Source of the DNA: a virus | Lineage: Duplodnaviria > Caudoviricetes | Strand: one strand, 5' to 3' | DNA length: 61,629 bases | Virus record (IMG/VR): IMGVR_UViG_3300043772_002642 | Coordinates: 1 to 61,629 of that record | Part shown: in pieces, positions 45,406 through 54,339 of the stretch | Position numbering within the stretch: position 1 is the stretch's first letter | How the letters are laid out: the number at the start of each line of letters is the position of its first letter | Position numbers and translations under genes: made by a program | Notes under the pieces: generated by a model | Told to the model about the DNA's origin: nothing | The model's database searches: none | Seen by the model: the letters and a program-made list of their open reading frames with translations, nothing else

Positions 45406-45642
45406 ATGAAAACATTTGTTAAAATTTTATTGTTTGTTTCTTTTATTATGTCATTTATTTTTGTGGGTGGTATGGTTGTGGATGGTATCATGTCTTTATT
45501 TCCGGCATCCGCTAGTGAATGGTTTCCCGTTATTCGATTTATCTTATGGATATTTACCTTTACCTTTAATTTAATTTTAACTTTTGTTTTATATTTTATT
45601 TTGGTTTATATTATTTCTGTGGTAATGAGTTTGTTGATGTAA
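45406..45642 (+). CDS. Two-TM membrane protein
   Basis: TATATTTG 4 nt before ATG 45406; very hydrophobic. Confidence 0.7.
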   Translation: MKTFVKILLFVSFIMSFIFVGGMVVDGIMSLFPASASEWFPVIRFILWIFTFTFNLILTFVLYFILVYIISVVMSLLM

Positions 45643-45738
45643 AATAAAATTATTATATTTGTATTAATAAAGTAGTTCTGTGGGTGTGATAAAAGAATCT
45701 CTAATCCCTTTGCGAAAGGTTCTCTACTTTATTAAAAT

Positions 45739-45827
45739 AGTCAGGTGGCGGAATGGTAGACGCAAAAATAGAATTAGTAAGGTCGAAACCCCTTTACAAT
45801 TTACAGGTTCGAATCCTGTCCTGACTA
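45739..45827 (+). ncRNA. tRNA-like RNA lacking an anticodon arm (copy 1)
   Basis: AGTCAGG/CCTGACT-A acceptor, GCG-GAATGGTAGA-CGC D arm, ACAGG-TTCGAAT-CCTGT T arm. The centre is an unrelated hairpin. Confidence 0.75.
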
Positions 45828-45938
45828 CTGTGATGGTTTTTTGTGGAAAGTGAAAGCACCAAACAAAAAGTTATAGTAGCCGTTAGACTGTAACTGTAAT
45901 ACGGGAAAACAGATGACAACTTGGAAAGACAAGTAAAT

Positions 45939-46041
45939 AGTTAGGTGGCGGAATTGGTTAGACGCTAGCTAAGGAACAGACGGTGTACAACGTTTATTGA
46001 GCTTAATATGTTCCATACAGGTTCGAATCCTGTCCTGACTA
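45939..46041 (+). ncRNA. tRNA-like RNA lacking an anticodon arm (copy 2)
   Basis: AGTTAGG/CCTGACT-A acceptor, near-identical D arm and identical T arm. The centre is GGAACA/TGTTCC closing two small hairpins. Confidence 0.75.
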
Positions 46042-46255
46042 CAATGGGTAAGAGGTACTCAATGGTCTTTGGTCAATAGATGGTTAAACAGGACCCGTTC
46101 AATCCGGACAACGATAACGCCGGTTCTTAGGACTAAAGGTGCCAATCACAGCCCCTCCTTCGTAGTGTGACTGTTTTAATAGGGGATGCCCTGTAGGTTT
46201 CATCAATAGGAAAAAACCGAAATGACTACTCACCGAATCTCAAGTGGGGAAATAT

Positions 46256-46404
46256 AGTCAGGTAGCTTAAAGTTAAAGCAGGAGTACCTCCAGTGGATTA
46301 GAGTATACGAGACGGGTGTAAGTTCCCATTCCTAGTTGACCACCACTCTCCTTTAGTGGCGTCCTTTGTTGGATATGTAGGTTCAAGTCCTACCCTGACT
46401 GCCA
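46256..46404 (+). ncRNA. tRNA-like RNA with about 97 nt central insert (copy 3)
   Basis: AGTCAGG/CCTGACT-GCCA acceptor, GCTT/AAGC D stem, GTAGG-TTCAAGT-CCTAC T arm. Confidence 0.7.
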
Positions 46405-46613
46405 TGGAACGAGAAATAAAATTTAAAGAAGTCTTTGAACAAATGTGTCAGACATTTGACGAGATTCATTATATGAATGGTGATATCTCGGATGTTGGCA
46501 ATGAAATTGGTTATGCCTTGGGCAAGGTATTGGAAAATTTACAAGAAGATGAAATTAAAGATTTTATCCATGGTATTCGTCATGGTATAAGTTTAACCAA
46601 CGGCACTCATTAA
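46404..46613 (+). CDS. Hypothetical protein
   Basis: ATG shares its A with the CCA end of tRNA-like copy 3; MEREIKFKEVF. Confidence 0.7.
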   Translation: MEREIKFKEVFEQMCQTFDEIHYMNGDISDVGNEIGYALGKVLENLQEDEIKDFIHGIRHGISLTNGTH

Positions 46614-46828
46614 TGGAAATTGTTAAAGTAATCATAACTAAAACTTCTAAACCAACTTATTGGTATGCTAATAAAGTCGGTCAAATTTTTGAATGTTATC
46701 AACGTGGGTCCAATACCTTTCAAGTTGTTAAACCAGAATTTGGTTCGGTTTGTTTTATTGCGGTTGAAGATTTAATTCCTTATGATTATATTGGCCGTAA
46801 ACCAATTAAACGATTTAATTTTTTATGA
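46613..46828 (+). CDS. Hypothetical protein
   Basis: WYANKVGQIF; C-terminal PIKRFNFL. Confidence 0.7.
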   Translation: MEIVKVIITKTSKPTYWYANKVGQIFECYQRGSNTFQVVKPEFGSVCFIAVEDLIPYDYIGRKPIKRFNFL

Positions 46829-47064
46829 TTGAAAAAGGCCGATATTCTTTTTACGGTATTACAAATATTAATGTCATTGACATTAAACATGAAGATGGTG
46901 ATACCCACTATTTTATCCAACCCGATGTTAACCCTGAAGGTTGGTGGGTTACCGCTGATAATATGAAACGAATTTATAAAGATTTTAATTTATTATATGT
47001 TGGTCCTTACATCCCAATCCAACCAAAAACTTATCTAAAGGAGTTTCGTTTTTCTGTTGACTAA
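46825..47064 (+). CDS. Hypothetical protein
   Basis: C-terminal LKEFRF. Confidence 0.7.
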   Translation: MIEKGRYSFYGITNINVIDIKHEDGDTHYFIQPDVNPEGWWVTADNMKRIYKDFNLLYVGPYIPIQPKTYLKEFRFSVD

Positions 47065-47093
47065 TTTTATTTTCTTGTTGGATATTTATTATT

Positions 47094-47345
47094 ATGAATA
47101 TTCAAAAAATCCTTAAAGAAGAAATGGACGAATTTGAATGGGCTAGAGAAACTGTAAAATCTGACCTACCATCTGTTTATGCTATTTATTGGGGTAGCCT
47201 AAATCAAGCAAATCTTGAGGGTTATTTCACTATGGAAGCTTTTGACCGTTATTTGGATAGACGCAATCAAGAACGTGAAGAAATGGATGAAAGACCTGAA
47301 GAAAAGGATGAATTTATTTTTAAGAAAATTAATATTAATTGGTGA
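47094..47345 (+). CDS. Leader-tagged small protein
   Basis: MNIQKILKE-EMDEFEW; GATATTTAT upstream. Confidence 0.75.
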   Translation: MNIQKILKEEMDEFEWARETVKSDLPSVYAIYWGSLNQANLEGYFTMEAFDRYLDRRNQEREEMDERPEEKDEFIFKKININW

Positions 47346-48028
47346 GAAAGTATTATACGATAGAAGACGTGGAATTTTTCTATAACGCTAAAACGTTATT
47401 TTATGAAATTGGTTATGATGGTCAACCTGTAAAACATTCTGATATTGTTGGTGACAATCATGGTGATTTATTACATGTTGGTATTCGTGATGGTGAATAT
47501 AATATTTGTTATTATATTTTTGTTGGTGAGGATAGTACTGAAGTTGAAGAATGTATTGCTGGTCAAAAATTATTATTAAAGATTTTAAATAACGGTAACA
47601 TTGAACCGATTGAATCAGAACTTGATACCGAAAATATTTTTAATCAATTGGGTGAATCCATTAAAAGAATTATTAAAGAAGAAATGGATGAATTTGAATG
47701 GGCTAAAGAATCAATTAAAGAATATCCTTATTATCGTCCTGAAGGTCGTCGACCTAAAGTTGGTGAAATGATAAGAATTATTTCAAAAGATAATTCTTGG
47801 ATGGGTACTATAACAGCAGACGCTGGAGGGTATCAAGAATGTTTTGATAACCCAAATGATATTACCGTTACAGTTAATCAGGTTGGTATTGATTGGCTTG
47901 AAGTTTCTTTTTGGTGTCCTGTTGGTGAATACGATGCTGAATTCTACGTTCCATTTTCAACCGAACCTGTTGGTGGTTTTCGTGGTATGGATAAATACGG
48001 AATAAAAATTATGCCTCACATCAGTTAA
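47339..48028 (+). CDS. Two-module putative polyprotein
   Basis: Internal DTENIFNQLGE-SIKRIIKE-EMDEFEW. Start is TTG 47339 or GTG 47342. Confidence 0.75.
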   Translation: MVRKYYTIEDVEFFYNAKTLFYEIGYDGQPVKHSDIVGDNHGDLLHVGIRDGEYNICYYIFVGEDSTEVEECIAGQKLLLKILNNGNIEPIESELDTENIFNQLGESIKRIIKEEMDEFEWAKESIKEYPYYRPEGRRPKVGEMIRIISKDNSWMGTITADAGGYQECFDNPNDITVTVNQVGIDWLEVSFWCPVGEYDAEFYVPFSTEPVGGFRGMDKYGIKIMPHIS

Positions 48029-48029
48029 A

Positions 48030-49418
48030 ATGTATCAACCAAAACTATACCTAAGATTTGACCCACCAATCCAAAACGATAAGGTTGGTATTGACCAATT
48101 AAATAAAATTTTAGGTTTAATTGAAAATGAATATTCTAGTGTTTATTGGTTTGAAGGTCAATCTCCATCAGAATTTAATCCATTTGCTGACACGGAGGAT
48201 GAAGATATAGCAGACCAAATTAAATCTTTAACCATTGGTCATTGGCCTGATAGTCCAGATCTTTTAACTTATGGTCAATGGGATGATAACGATATGAATT
48301 ATCAAAATGCTATTGATGGTTGGCAATGGTTAAAAGATCGTGAGGTTGATTATGACCAAACATCGGATATATTTTCTAGTTTAAATGAAAATGAGGAAGA
48401 AATACCAAAAGTAACTTATGTTTTTGAACCGCCTATTGAAGACGAAGAAATATTACGACATGTGATGCATATCCTTAACGCTGAACATCCTGGTTTAGAA
48501 TGGGTTAATGGTGTGTCTGTTTTAACATATGATATTTACAATGAAGTTTTTGATAGAAATGATGCTGGAGTAGTTGGTGCTTTATCAATAGGTTTTTTTC
48601 CTGAAGAACCAAATCAATTAAGTTGGTCTAGTTGGGTAGACCCTGACGAAAATTGGGGTCCAAAAGTTGATGGTTGGTCTTTAATAAAAAAATATGGCAT
48701 ACCAAATACCGAAGATGTATTCAACCAACTAAATGAATCAACCTATCAACCAAAATTAAACTTAAGGTTTGATGAACCAATATATGATGCTAATGAACTT
48801 GATAAAGTTTTACGGGTTTTAAATATGGTATACCCTGGTTTACAATGGAAAGGTGGTGATTCTATAACAACACATAATGTTATCCGTGATGGAAATGAAG
48901 GAGATTTTGAATACGACCCAATTTATTATTTAACAATTGGTTTTTTCCCTCACGCTCCTGATAGATTGACTTATACTAACGGACCTGATGATGATTCTTC
49001 TTATGCTGATGATGAACATCACAATTTTAATTGGGTTGATGGTTGGCAATGGGTTAAAGATAATGAAGTTAACTATGATGAAACAACAGATATCTTTAAT
49101 CAATTAAATGAATCTTACGACTTTCTTGATCAAACAAATTTAAAAGGTTTTAAATTTAAAAAAATAATGGACAATAACCCTAAACTTTGGGTTATTCGTA
49201 CTGTTATGAATGATGATGGGAAAGAATTGTATTTTAAATATGATTTTTCTGATGCAGCTGAAGAACTTTTAGGATCACCCGATATCTATGGTAGCGGCAT
49301 ACCAAGATATGGTTATATAGAAAAAGAAAAAGCTATTAACCATGTAGACAATGGTGATTGGGGAATTATTGATATGCCAACTACCGATACAGAAGGTATT
49401 TTTAATCAATTAGATTAA
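48030..49418 (+). CDS. Four-module putative polyprotein with three paralogous F(D/E)(P/E)PI..IG..P..DGW repeats
   Basis: Linkers TSDIFSSLNE, TEDVFNQLNE-S and TTDIFNQLNE-S; ends TEGIFNQLD*. Confidence 0.85.
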   Translation: MYQPKLYLRFDPPIQNDKVGIDQLNKILGLIENEYSSVYWFEGQSPSEFNPFADTEDEDIADQIKSLTIGHWPDSPDLLTYGQWDDNDMNYQNAIDGWQWLKDREVDYDQTSDIFSSLNENEEEIPKVTYVFEPPIEDEEILRHVMHILNAEHPGLEWVNGVSVLTYDIYNEVFDRNDAGVVGALSIGFFPEEPNQLSWSSWVDPDENWGPKVDGWSLIKKYGIPNTEDVFNQLNESTYQPKLNLRFDEPIYDANELDKVLRVLNMVYPGLQWKGGDSITTHNVIRDGNEGDFEYDPIYYLTIGFFPHAPDRLTYTNGPDDDSSYADDEHHNFNWVDGWQWVKDNEVNYDETTDIFNQLNESYDFLDQTNLKGFKFKKIMDNNPKLWVIRTVMNDDGKELYFKYDFSDAAEELLGSPDIYGSGIPRYGYIEKEKAINHVDNGDWGIIDMPTTDTEGIFNQLD

Positions 49419-49468
49419 GCTTTTCAATACATAAATAATTTATTATCTTTGTTTAAATAATTAAATCT

Positions 49469-49717
49469 ATGAAATTCGGAACATTTTTATCTTTATTAGG
49501 TGGTACCACTAGTCTTATCCTAACTGTTGTTAATTTACTTGAAGGACAAAATCAAATAGCTTTAGTATGGGGTACAGCTTCTGTATGGGCCTTTTCTACT
49601 TTTTTTACGGAATTAAATTTAAACCGAAAAGAAAAACAAATTCAAAACATTAAAGACGCTATTGTTTCTTCTGAAAATGAAGTTGAGGCGATTAACAAAA
49701 TTAACGACATACTTTAA
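49469..49717 (+). CDS. Small membrane protein
   Basis: Two hydrophobic segments; TATCTTTG upstream. Confidence 0.65.
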   Translation: MKFGTFLSLLGGTTSLILTVVNLLEGQNQIALVWGTASVWAFSTFFTELNLNRKEKQIQNIKDAIVSSENEVEAINKINDIL

Positions 49718-49719
49718 AT

Positions 49720-49941
49720 ATGATTCGTACAACAGTTGTTAAATACAAAGGGGTTGAGTTAACTTGTAGAGGGTACCATTCCCCTTACAAAGACAATGGT
49801 TATGACAACCCACCTGAATATGAGTGTTTTGAAATTGACACTGTCCATTACCACGATACCGATGTGACCGAATTAATGGATACTTTTAATTTTGATTGGT
49901 CAGAATTAGAATGTTTATGTCTTGAGTCCTTAAAAGACTAA
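49720..49941 (+). CDS. Hypothetical protein
   Basis: 73 aa ORF. Confidence 0.65.
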   Translation: MIRTTVVKYKGVELTCRGYHSPYKDNGYDNPPEYECFEIDTVHYHDTDVTELMDTFNFDWSELECLCLESLKD

Positions 49942-49959
49942 TCAGGATATTTATATTTG

Positions 49960-51015
49960 ATGATTACGGCAGATTATTTATTTGACAAAAAAATTATATG
50001 GTTAGGTAACGACTTAATCTGTGCTGACAATTTTCCATATTTTAAAAGTGAATTAATTACTGTTTTAGAGTTTTTAGGTAAACGTCCGTTCTACAATCTT
50101 ATTTCTCAAATAGAAAGTGATATAATTAGTAAGGGTGATTGTTTATGGTACATACGTTTATATAAAGATAATGACGGTCCCAGAGTTACTTACTATTCAG
50201 CCGGTGAATTTGATTTGGAAGATGCGATGGGGGCTTATAGGGAACATATTGACATGGGGTACGAACCTTTAAAATGGTCTGATATTATAGACATCGATAC
50301 CAATACCGAAGATATTTTTAATAAACTAAACGAATCTTTTGATAACACTTTAATTGGTAAACAAATATGGTTTGACTTCCCAACCGAAAGAAACGATATA
50401 GAAAAAGTAAATCAATTTTTAATTGATAATGGTTATCGTGGTTTAAGACCTGATAACATAGATGAATTTGAAGGATTTATTTATGACTATGATGTTGCTT
50501 TTTTTTATTTTGTACAACACGATTCACCTTTACATTCCGAAGAAAGAAGAAAACCATATGTTGATTATAGTTACATGAACCACCCAGACCCTTATAGGTT
50601 AAGAGTGAAACCAAATTGGATTTATTATAAAGATATTTTGGAAATGACTGACACTACAGTTGACATTATATCTAACCTAAACGAATCCACCGAACAACCA
50701 ACACCAAAAGCTGGTGATTTTCTTTATTGTCATACAGATGTTGTTATGGAAGATAGTGGTGACGAAGAAGCAACTGTCGGTAAATTTTATCCTATTATAA
50801 AAGTTTCCCAAAATAAAAATCGAGTAGAAATTCTAAACAATTCTAAAACTGAACATGTTTTTAGTATTGACCCGGAAGAAGATTGGCATTATAGCAAATG
50901 GTTTACTTTAATTCCGAGAAAGGATAAAGAAGCTATGGAAAGATTTGATATTGATGATGTTTTCAATAAATTAAATGAAAGTTTTAACCTTTCTGATATT
51001 TCACCATTAGAGTAA
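49960..51015 (+). CDS. Three-module putative polyprotein
   Basis: Linkers TEDIFNKLNE-S, TVDIISNLNE-S and IDDVFNKLNE-S; GATATTTAT upstream. Confidence 0.8.
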   Translation: MITADYLFDKKIIWLGNDLICADNFPYFKSELITVLEFLGKRPFYNLISQIESDIISKGDCLWYIRLYKDNDGPRVTYYSAGEFDLEDAMGAYREHIDMGYEPLKWSDIIDIDTNTEDIFNKLNESFDNTLIGKQIWFDFPTERNDIEKVNQFLIDNGYRGLRPDNIDEFEGFIYDYDVAFFYFVQHDSPLHSEERRKPYVDYSYMNHPDPYRLRVKPNWIYYKDILEMTDTTVDIISNLNESTEQPTPKAGDFLYCHTDVVMEDSGDEEATVGKFYPIIKVSQNKNRVEILNNSKTEHVFSIDPEEDWHYSKWFTLIPRKDKEAMERFDIDDVFNKLNESFNLSDISPLE

Positions 51016-51065
51016 TACAGTTTATTACCTTTTTGATTAATATTTATATAATATAGATATTGGTT

Positions 51066-51419
51066 ATGACAGGTACTACAAAAAACGAAACATATAGTGT
51101 TAGAGCATTATATGAAGTCATCAAACTCAGTCTTTTAATGAAAGATAGAAATTTAGTTCATTTTCTTAGAACTATGAACGACAACATTCTTGAGGAGTTT
51201 GAAAAAATACAAAAAGGCACCAATATCAATTTAAATGATATTGTAAAACATTATGAAAACTATACAATAGTCTTTATGATGGTCAGGGCAATAATGCAGG
51301 AGGCAAACATTTCACACTATCAAGAAAAAACTCGTGAGATTACAAATTACCTTTTAAATGACGAGTTACATAAAAAATCGGAAAAACCGACAAAATCGGT
51401 TTATGATGATGAAGATTGA
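51066..51419 (+). CDS. Hypothetical protein
   Basis: AATATTTAT upstream. Confidence 0.65.
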   Translation: MTGTTKNETYSVRALYEVIKLSLLMKDRNLVHFLRTMNDNILEEFEKIQKGTNINLNDIVKHYENYTIVFMMVRAIMQEANISHYQEKTREITNYLLNDELHKKSEKPTKSVYDDED

Positions 51420-51436
51420 GATATTTATTTGATAGA

Positions 51437-52840
51437 ATGAAAAATATATTTAAATATATCATATTAGAACAACTCTTAACTGAGAACCGTATACAACAGG
51501 CCAAGGACAAATATCCTTGTATTCCACCACAATTGGTTAGTTATTTAGCAGCTGGTGACCCATCAGGGAATAACAAATACCTTGATTGGATGTGTAAACA
51601 AATTTGGGATGCTGAAGGTGTTAATACAATTACCGGTTTTAACTGGGATACTACAATACCAACACTATATAGTTGGTTAGAAGATGAAGGTGATTTTAGT
51701 GCCGGAGATGCAACAACAGCACCTCTTTGTCATTCATTATTTGTTCGTAGCTTTGCTAGAGGTAAAAGTTTTAATGATGTCCCCGTTACAGATTCACTTA
51801 AAAACTTAGCTGATTCAATAATAGATGAAGTTAAATTTTTTCATCGATTTGTTAATGCCTTACCAATTAAAGATATTAATCGTTATAACTATAATACTTT
51901 AAATGATGCTTTAGCAGGTAAAAAACTACAGGCACAAGAAAAAGAATACGCAAAAGATGTAACTAAGATTTACGAAGATAATGAATGGTTACTAGTTTCA
52001 CCTAAAACCCATCAATCATCTTGTGCATATGGGGCCAACACTAAGTGGTGTGTTACCATGAAAAATGACCCTTCTTATTATAAAAGATATACTGACGGTA
52101 ATGAATATTTAATTTTTGTTATTGATAAATCTAAAAATCAAAAATGGGCTGTACATACTTCTATACCTTTAAATTCACCTTCTGAAGATACTGAAATTAA
52201 ATTACCTTGGCATAAAGAAATTAAGTTAAGTAGATACATGTATGACCAACCTGAAGAAAGATACACTAGATTACCAAAAGGTGTGAAATTAAGTGATTTA
52301 TACAAAGGTCAGGATGAAACTAATTATTATAACGCCGAAGACGATAATATTGGTTGGTCCGAATTTATTAAACAATCTAACTTACCTGAAAAAATACAAC
52401 AACTTTTAAAATTCCTTGAAAAAAAATTTATAGTTTCAGTGGTGAGAAAGAAAAAAACCGATATTCCTTATGAGGTTAATCAAGAACCTATCCGTCTTAA
52501 AAAAGGTGATAAAGTTAAATTATTAGCTAGTGGGTACGGTTATTTACGAGGTGACGAAGGTTATGTTATAGCAACTTATATATCAGCTGGGGGTAGAGAA
52601 AAACAATTAACACCACAAAACGCTGGAGTTTATACCGTTTATGTACCACATAGACTTAGACAAAGAGGACGTTTACGAGGAGACTGGACGAGATCTTTTG
52701 ACACAATTTATTTAAAACCTACTGATAGATTATTATCAAAGTTAGATTTAAAACCTGGTGATGATTTTACGGCTGCTGAAAACGGCGATATCGCTATTTA
52801 TGGTTTAAATATTAACGGAGTATACTTAAAAAAAATATAA
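51437..52840 (+). CDS. DPSGNNKYL / SCxYG..WC paralog family protein 4
   Basis: MKNIFKYIILEQLLTE-NR; DPSGNNKYLDWM; KDINRY; SPKTHQSSCAYGANTKWC. Confidence 0.85.
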   Translation: MKNIFKYIILEQLLTENRIQQAKDKYPCIPPQLVSYLAAGDPSGNNKYLDWMCKQIWDAEGVNTITGFNWDTTIPTLYSWLEDEGDFSAGDATTAPLCHSLFVRSFARGKSFNDVPVTDSLKNLADSIIDEVKFFHRFVNALPIKDINRYNYNTLNDALAGKKLQAQEKEYAKDVTKIYEDNEWLLVSPKTHQSSCAYGANTKWCVTMKNDPSYYKRYTDGNEYLIFVIDKSKNQKWAVHTSIPLNSPSEDTEIKLPWHKEIKLSRYMYDQPEERYTRLPKGVKLSDLYKGQDETNYYNAEDDNIGWSEFIKQSNLPEKIQQLLKFLEKKFIVSVVRKKKTDIPYEVNQEPIRLKKGDKVKLLASGYGYLRGDEGYVIATYISAGGREKQLTPQNAGVYTVYVPHRLRQRGRLRGDWTRSFDTIYLKPTDRLLSKLDLKPGDDFTAAENGDIAIYGLNINGVYLKKI

Positions 52841-52843
52841 AAA

Positions 52844-53701
52844 ATGAAAAAATTTATTCTATCTGAAACACAATATAAAAATATAAGAAAATATTTAATT
52901 GAGGCTAAATTAAGGTCTTATGTTTTTGATTGGGATGATAATATCTTAAGAATGCCCACTAAGGTCAACATGGAAAAAAATGAAAATGGTAATTGGGTTC
53001 CTGTTAAAGTTTCCACTGAAGAATTTGCTCATTTTAGGTCTGACCCTGATTATAGAACAACGCCCAATTCATTCGCTGACTTTACAGACAATAAAGCTTT
53101 TTTAGTTGACGCTGAAAAGGCGATACACAATGCCAGTTTTGCACCAAGTTATAAAAAATTTATTGAAGCTTTGACACACGCAAATCCTTTTGCAATTAAT
53201 ACTGCTAGAGGTCACAGTCCTGAAACTTTAAAAAAAGGTGTTAAACTTTTTGTTAAAATGGTTTTAAGTGATGATGAAAAAAGAATGATGTTTACAAACA
53301 TACAGAAAGAACTACCAAACGCTTTAACCCAAGGTCTTAATGCCTCACAACTACTAGATTTATATATGGATGAAAGAGGTGAATTTTACCCTGTTTCATC
53401 TGAAGAGTTTGGTGAAAGATTTGGTCTTGAGGTTAAAGGAGGAGCATCAAATCCTGAACATGCTAAGAAAGTAGCAATTGAAAACTTTGTTAAGAAATTA
53501 ATTGACGGTGTTAAAAAACATATGGTTGCTGGAAAATACAAAAAAATATCTTTAGGTTTTTCTGACGACGATAAAAGAAATGTTAAGGCAGCACAAGATT
53601 TTTTAGAAAATGAACTAAGTCAAATGTATCCAGAGGTACATTTTGTAATCTACGATACTTCCGAAGGCGGTAAGAGAAAGATTGTAATTGAAAAAGAATA
53701 A
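52844..53701 (+). CDS. Leader-tagged HAD-superfamily phosphatase-like protein
   Basis: MKKFILSETQYKNIRKYLIE; motif I FDWDDN, motif II NTARG, a motif III Lys, motif IV GFSDDD..N. Confidence 0.75.
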   Translation: MKKFILSETQYKNIRKYLIEAKLRSYVFDWDDNILRMPTKVNMEKNENGNWVPVKVSTEEFAHFRSDPDYRTTPNSFADFTDNKAFLVDAEKAIHNASFAPSYKKFIEALTHANPFAINTARGHSPETLKKGVKLFVKMVLSDDEKRMMFTNIQKELPNALTQGLNASQLLDLYMDERGEFYPVSSEEFGERFGLEVKGGASNPEHAKKVAIENFVKKLIDGVKKHMVAGKYKKISLGFSDDDKRNVKAAQDFLENELSQMYPEVHFVIYDTSEGGKRKIVIEKE

Positions 53702-53706
53702 AGTGT

Positions 53707-53976
53707 TTAAGTAAATTTAAAGGGTTTTATACTTTGTGAAACACTACCACTATCTATAACATTTTTTAATGCCATAGAATAACCGTAATTCATTCCATTA
53801 ACAATACTATCCACTATTGCGATATCTGTACTGTAATAATTTTGTACTCTTTCCCCTTTAAAAGAAATAAATTTACCTTCATGGTTAATTTCAAAAGGAT
53901 TAACACTATAGGAACCTTCATCATCAATAACTGAACCTGTACCAACTACTTTTTCTAAAAATTCTTTTAATTCCAT
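53707..53976 (-). CDS. Hypothetical protein
   Basis: C-terminal IKPFKFT. Confidence 0.65.
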   Translation of the reverse strand: MELKEFLEKVVGTGSVIDDEGSYSVNPFEINHEGKFISFKGERVQNYYSTDIAIVDSIVNGMNYGYSMALKNVIDSGSVSQSIKPFKFT

Positions 53977-53977
53977 A

Positions 53978-54304
53978 TCAATATAAGTTTTCTGAAAATA
54001 ATCCTATACGTTCATTTATAATCTCGTCAGGTTTAATTTGATTTGCTGACCTAGCTATTTCAAGAGCTTCTAATCTATCAACAAATCTGTTTGTATTTGT
54101 TAAAAAACCTTGTTCGTGTTCACCTACACTATCGGGACCAAATGTTACAGTCCTTAAAGTACCTAATGAACGCATAACATCTATACAGTGACCATGTCTA
54201 TGACCACAAACAACTATTCCCTTATCAATATTTTTAGGTAAAAAATGTTGTGTCGGTAAATCTTTATACCAAATGGCCGCACATAAAATATACTCTTTAT
54301 CCAT
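53978..54304 (-). CDS. Hypothetical phage protein
   Basis: ILCAAIW..GHRH..QGFLTNTNRFVDR.EA..LFSENLY; TATATTTG upstream. Confidence 0.75.
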   Translation of the reverse strand: MDKEYILCAAIWYKDLPTQHFLPKNIDKGIVVCGHRHGHCIDVMRSLGTLRTVTFGPDSVGEHEQGFLTNTNRFVDRLEALEIARSANQIKPDEIINERIGLFSENLY

Positions 54305-54339
54305 TATTACAAATATATGAAATATTTATTAATTAGAAA

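Noticed and set aside
46256-46404. tmRNA or intron-containing tRNA
   Set aside because: No G3-U70 pair or tag reading frame, and the 97-nt insert is too short for a group I intron. Kept as an unclassified tRNA mimic.
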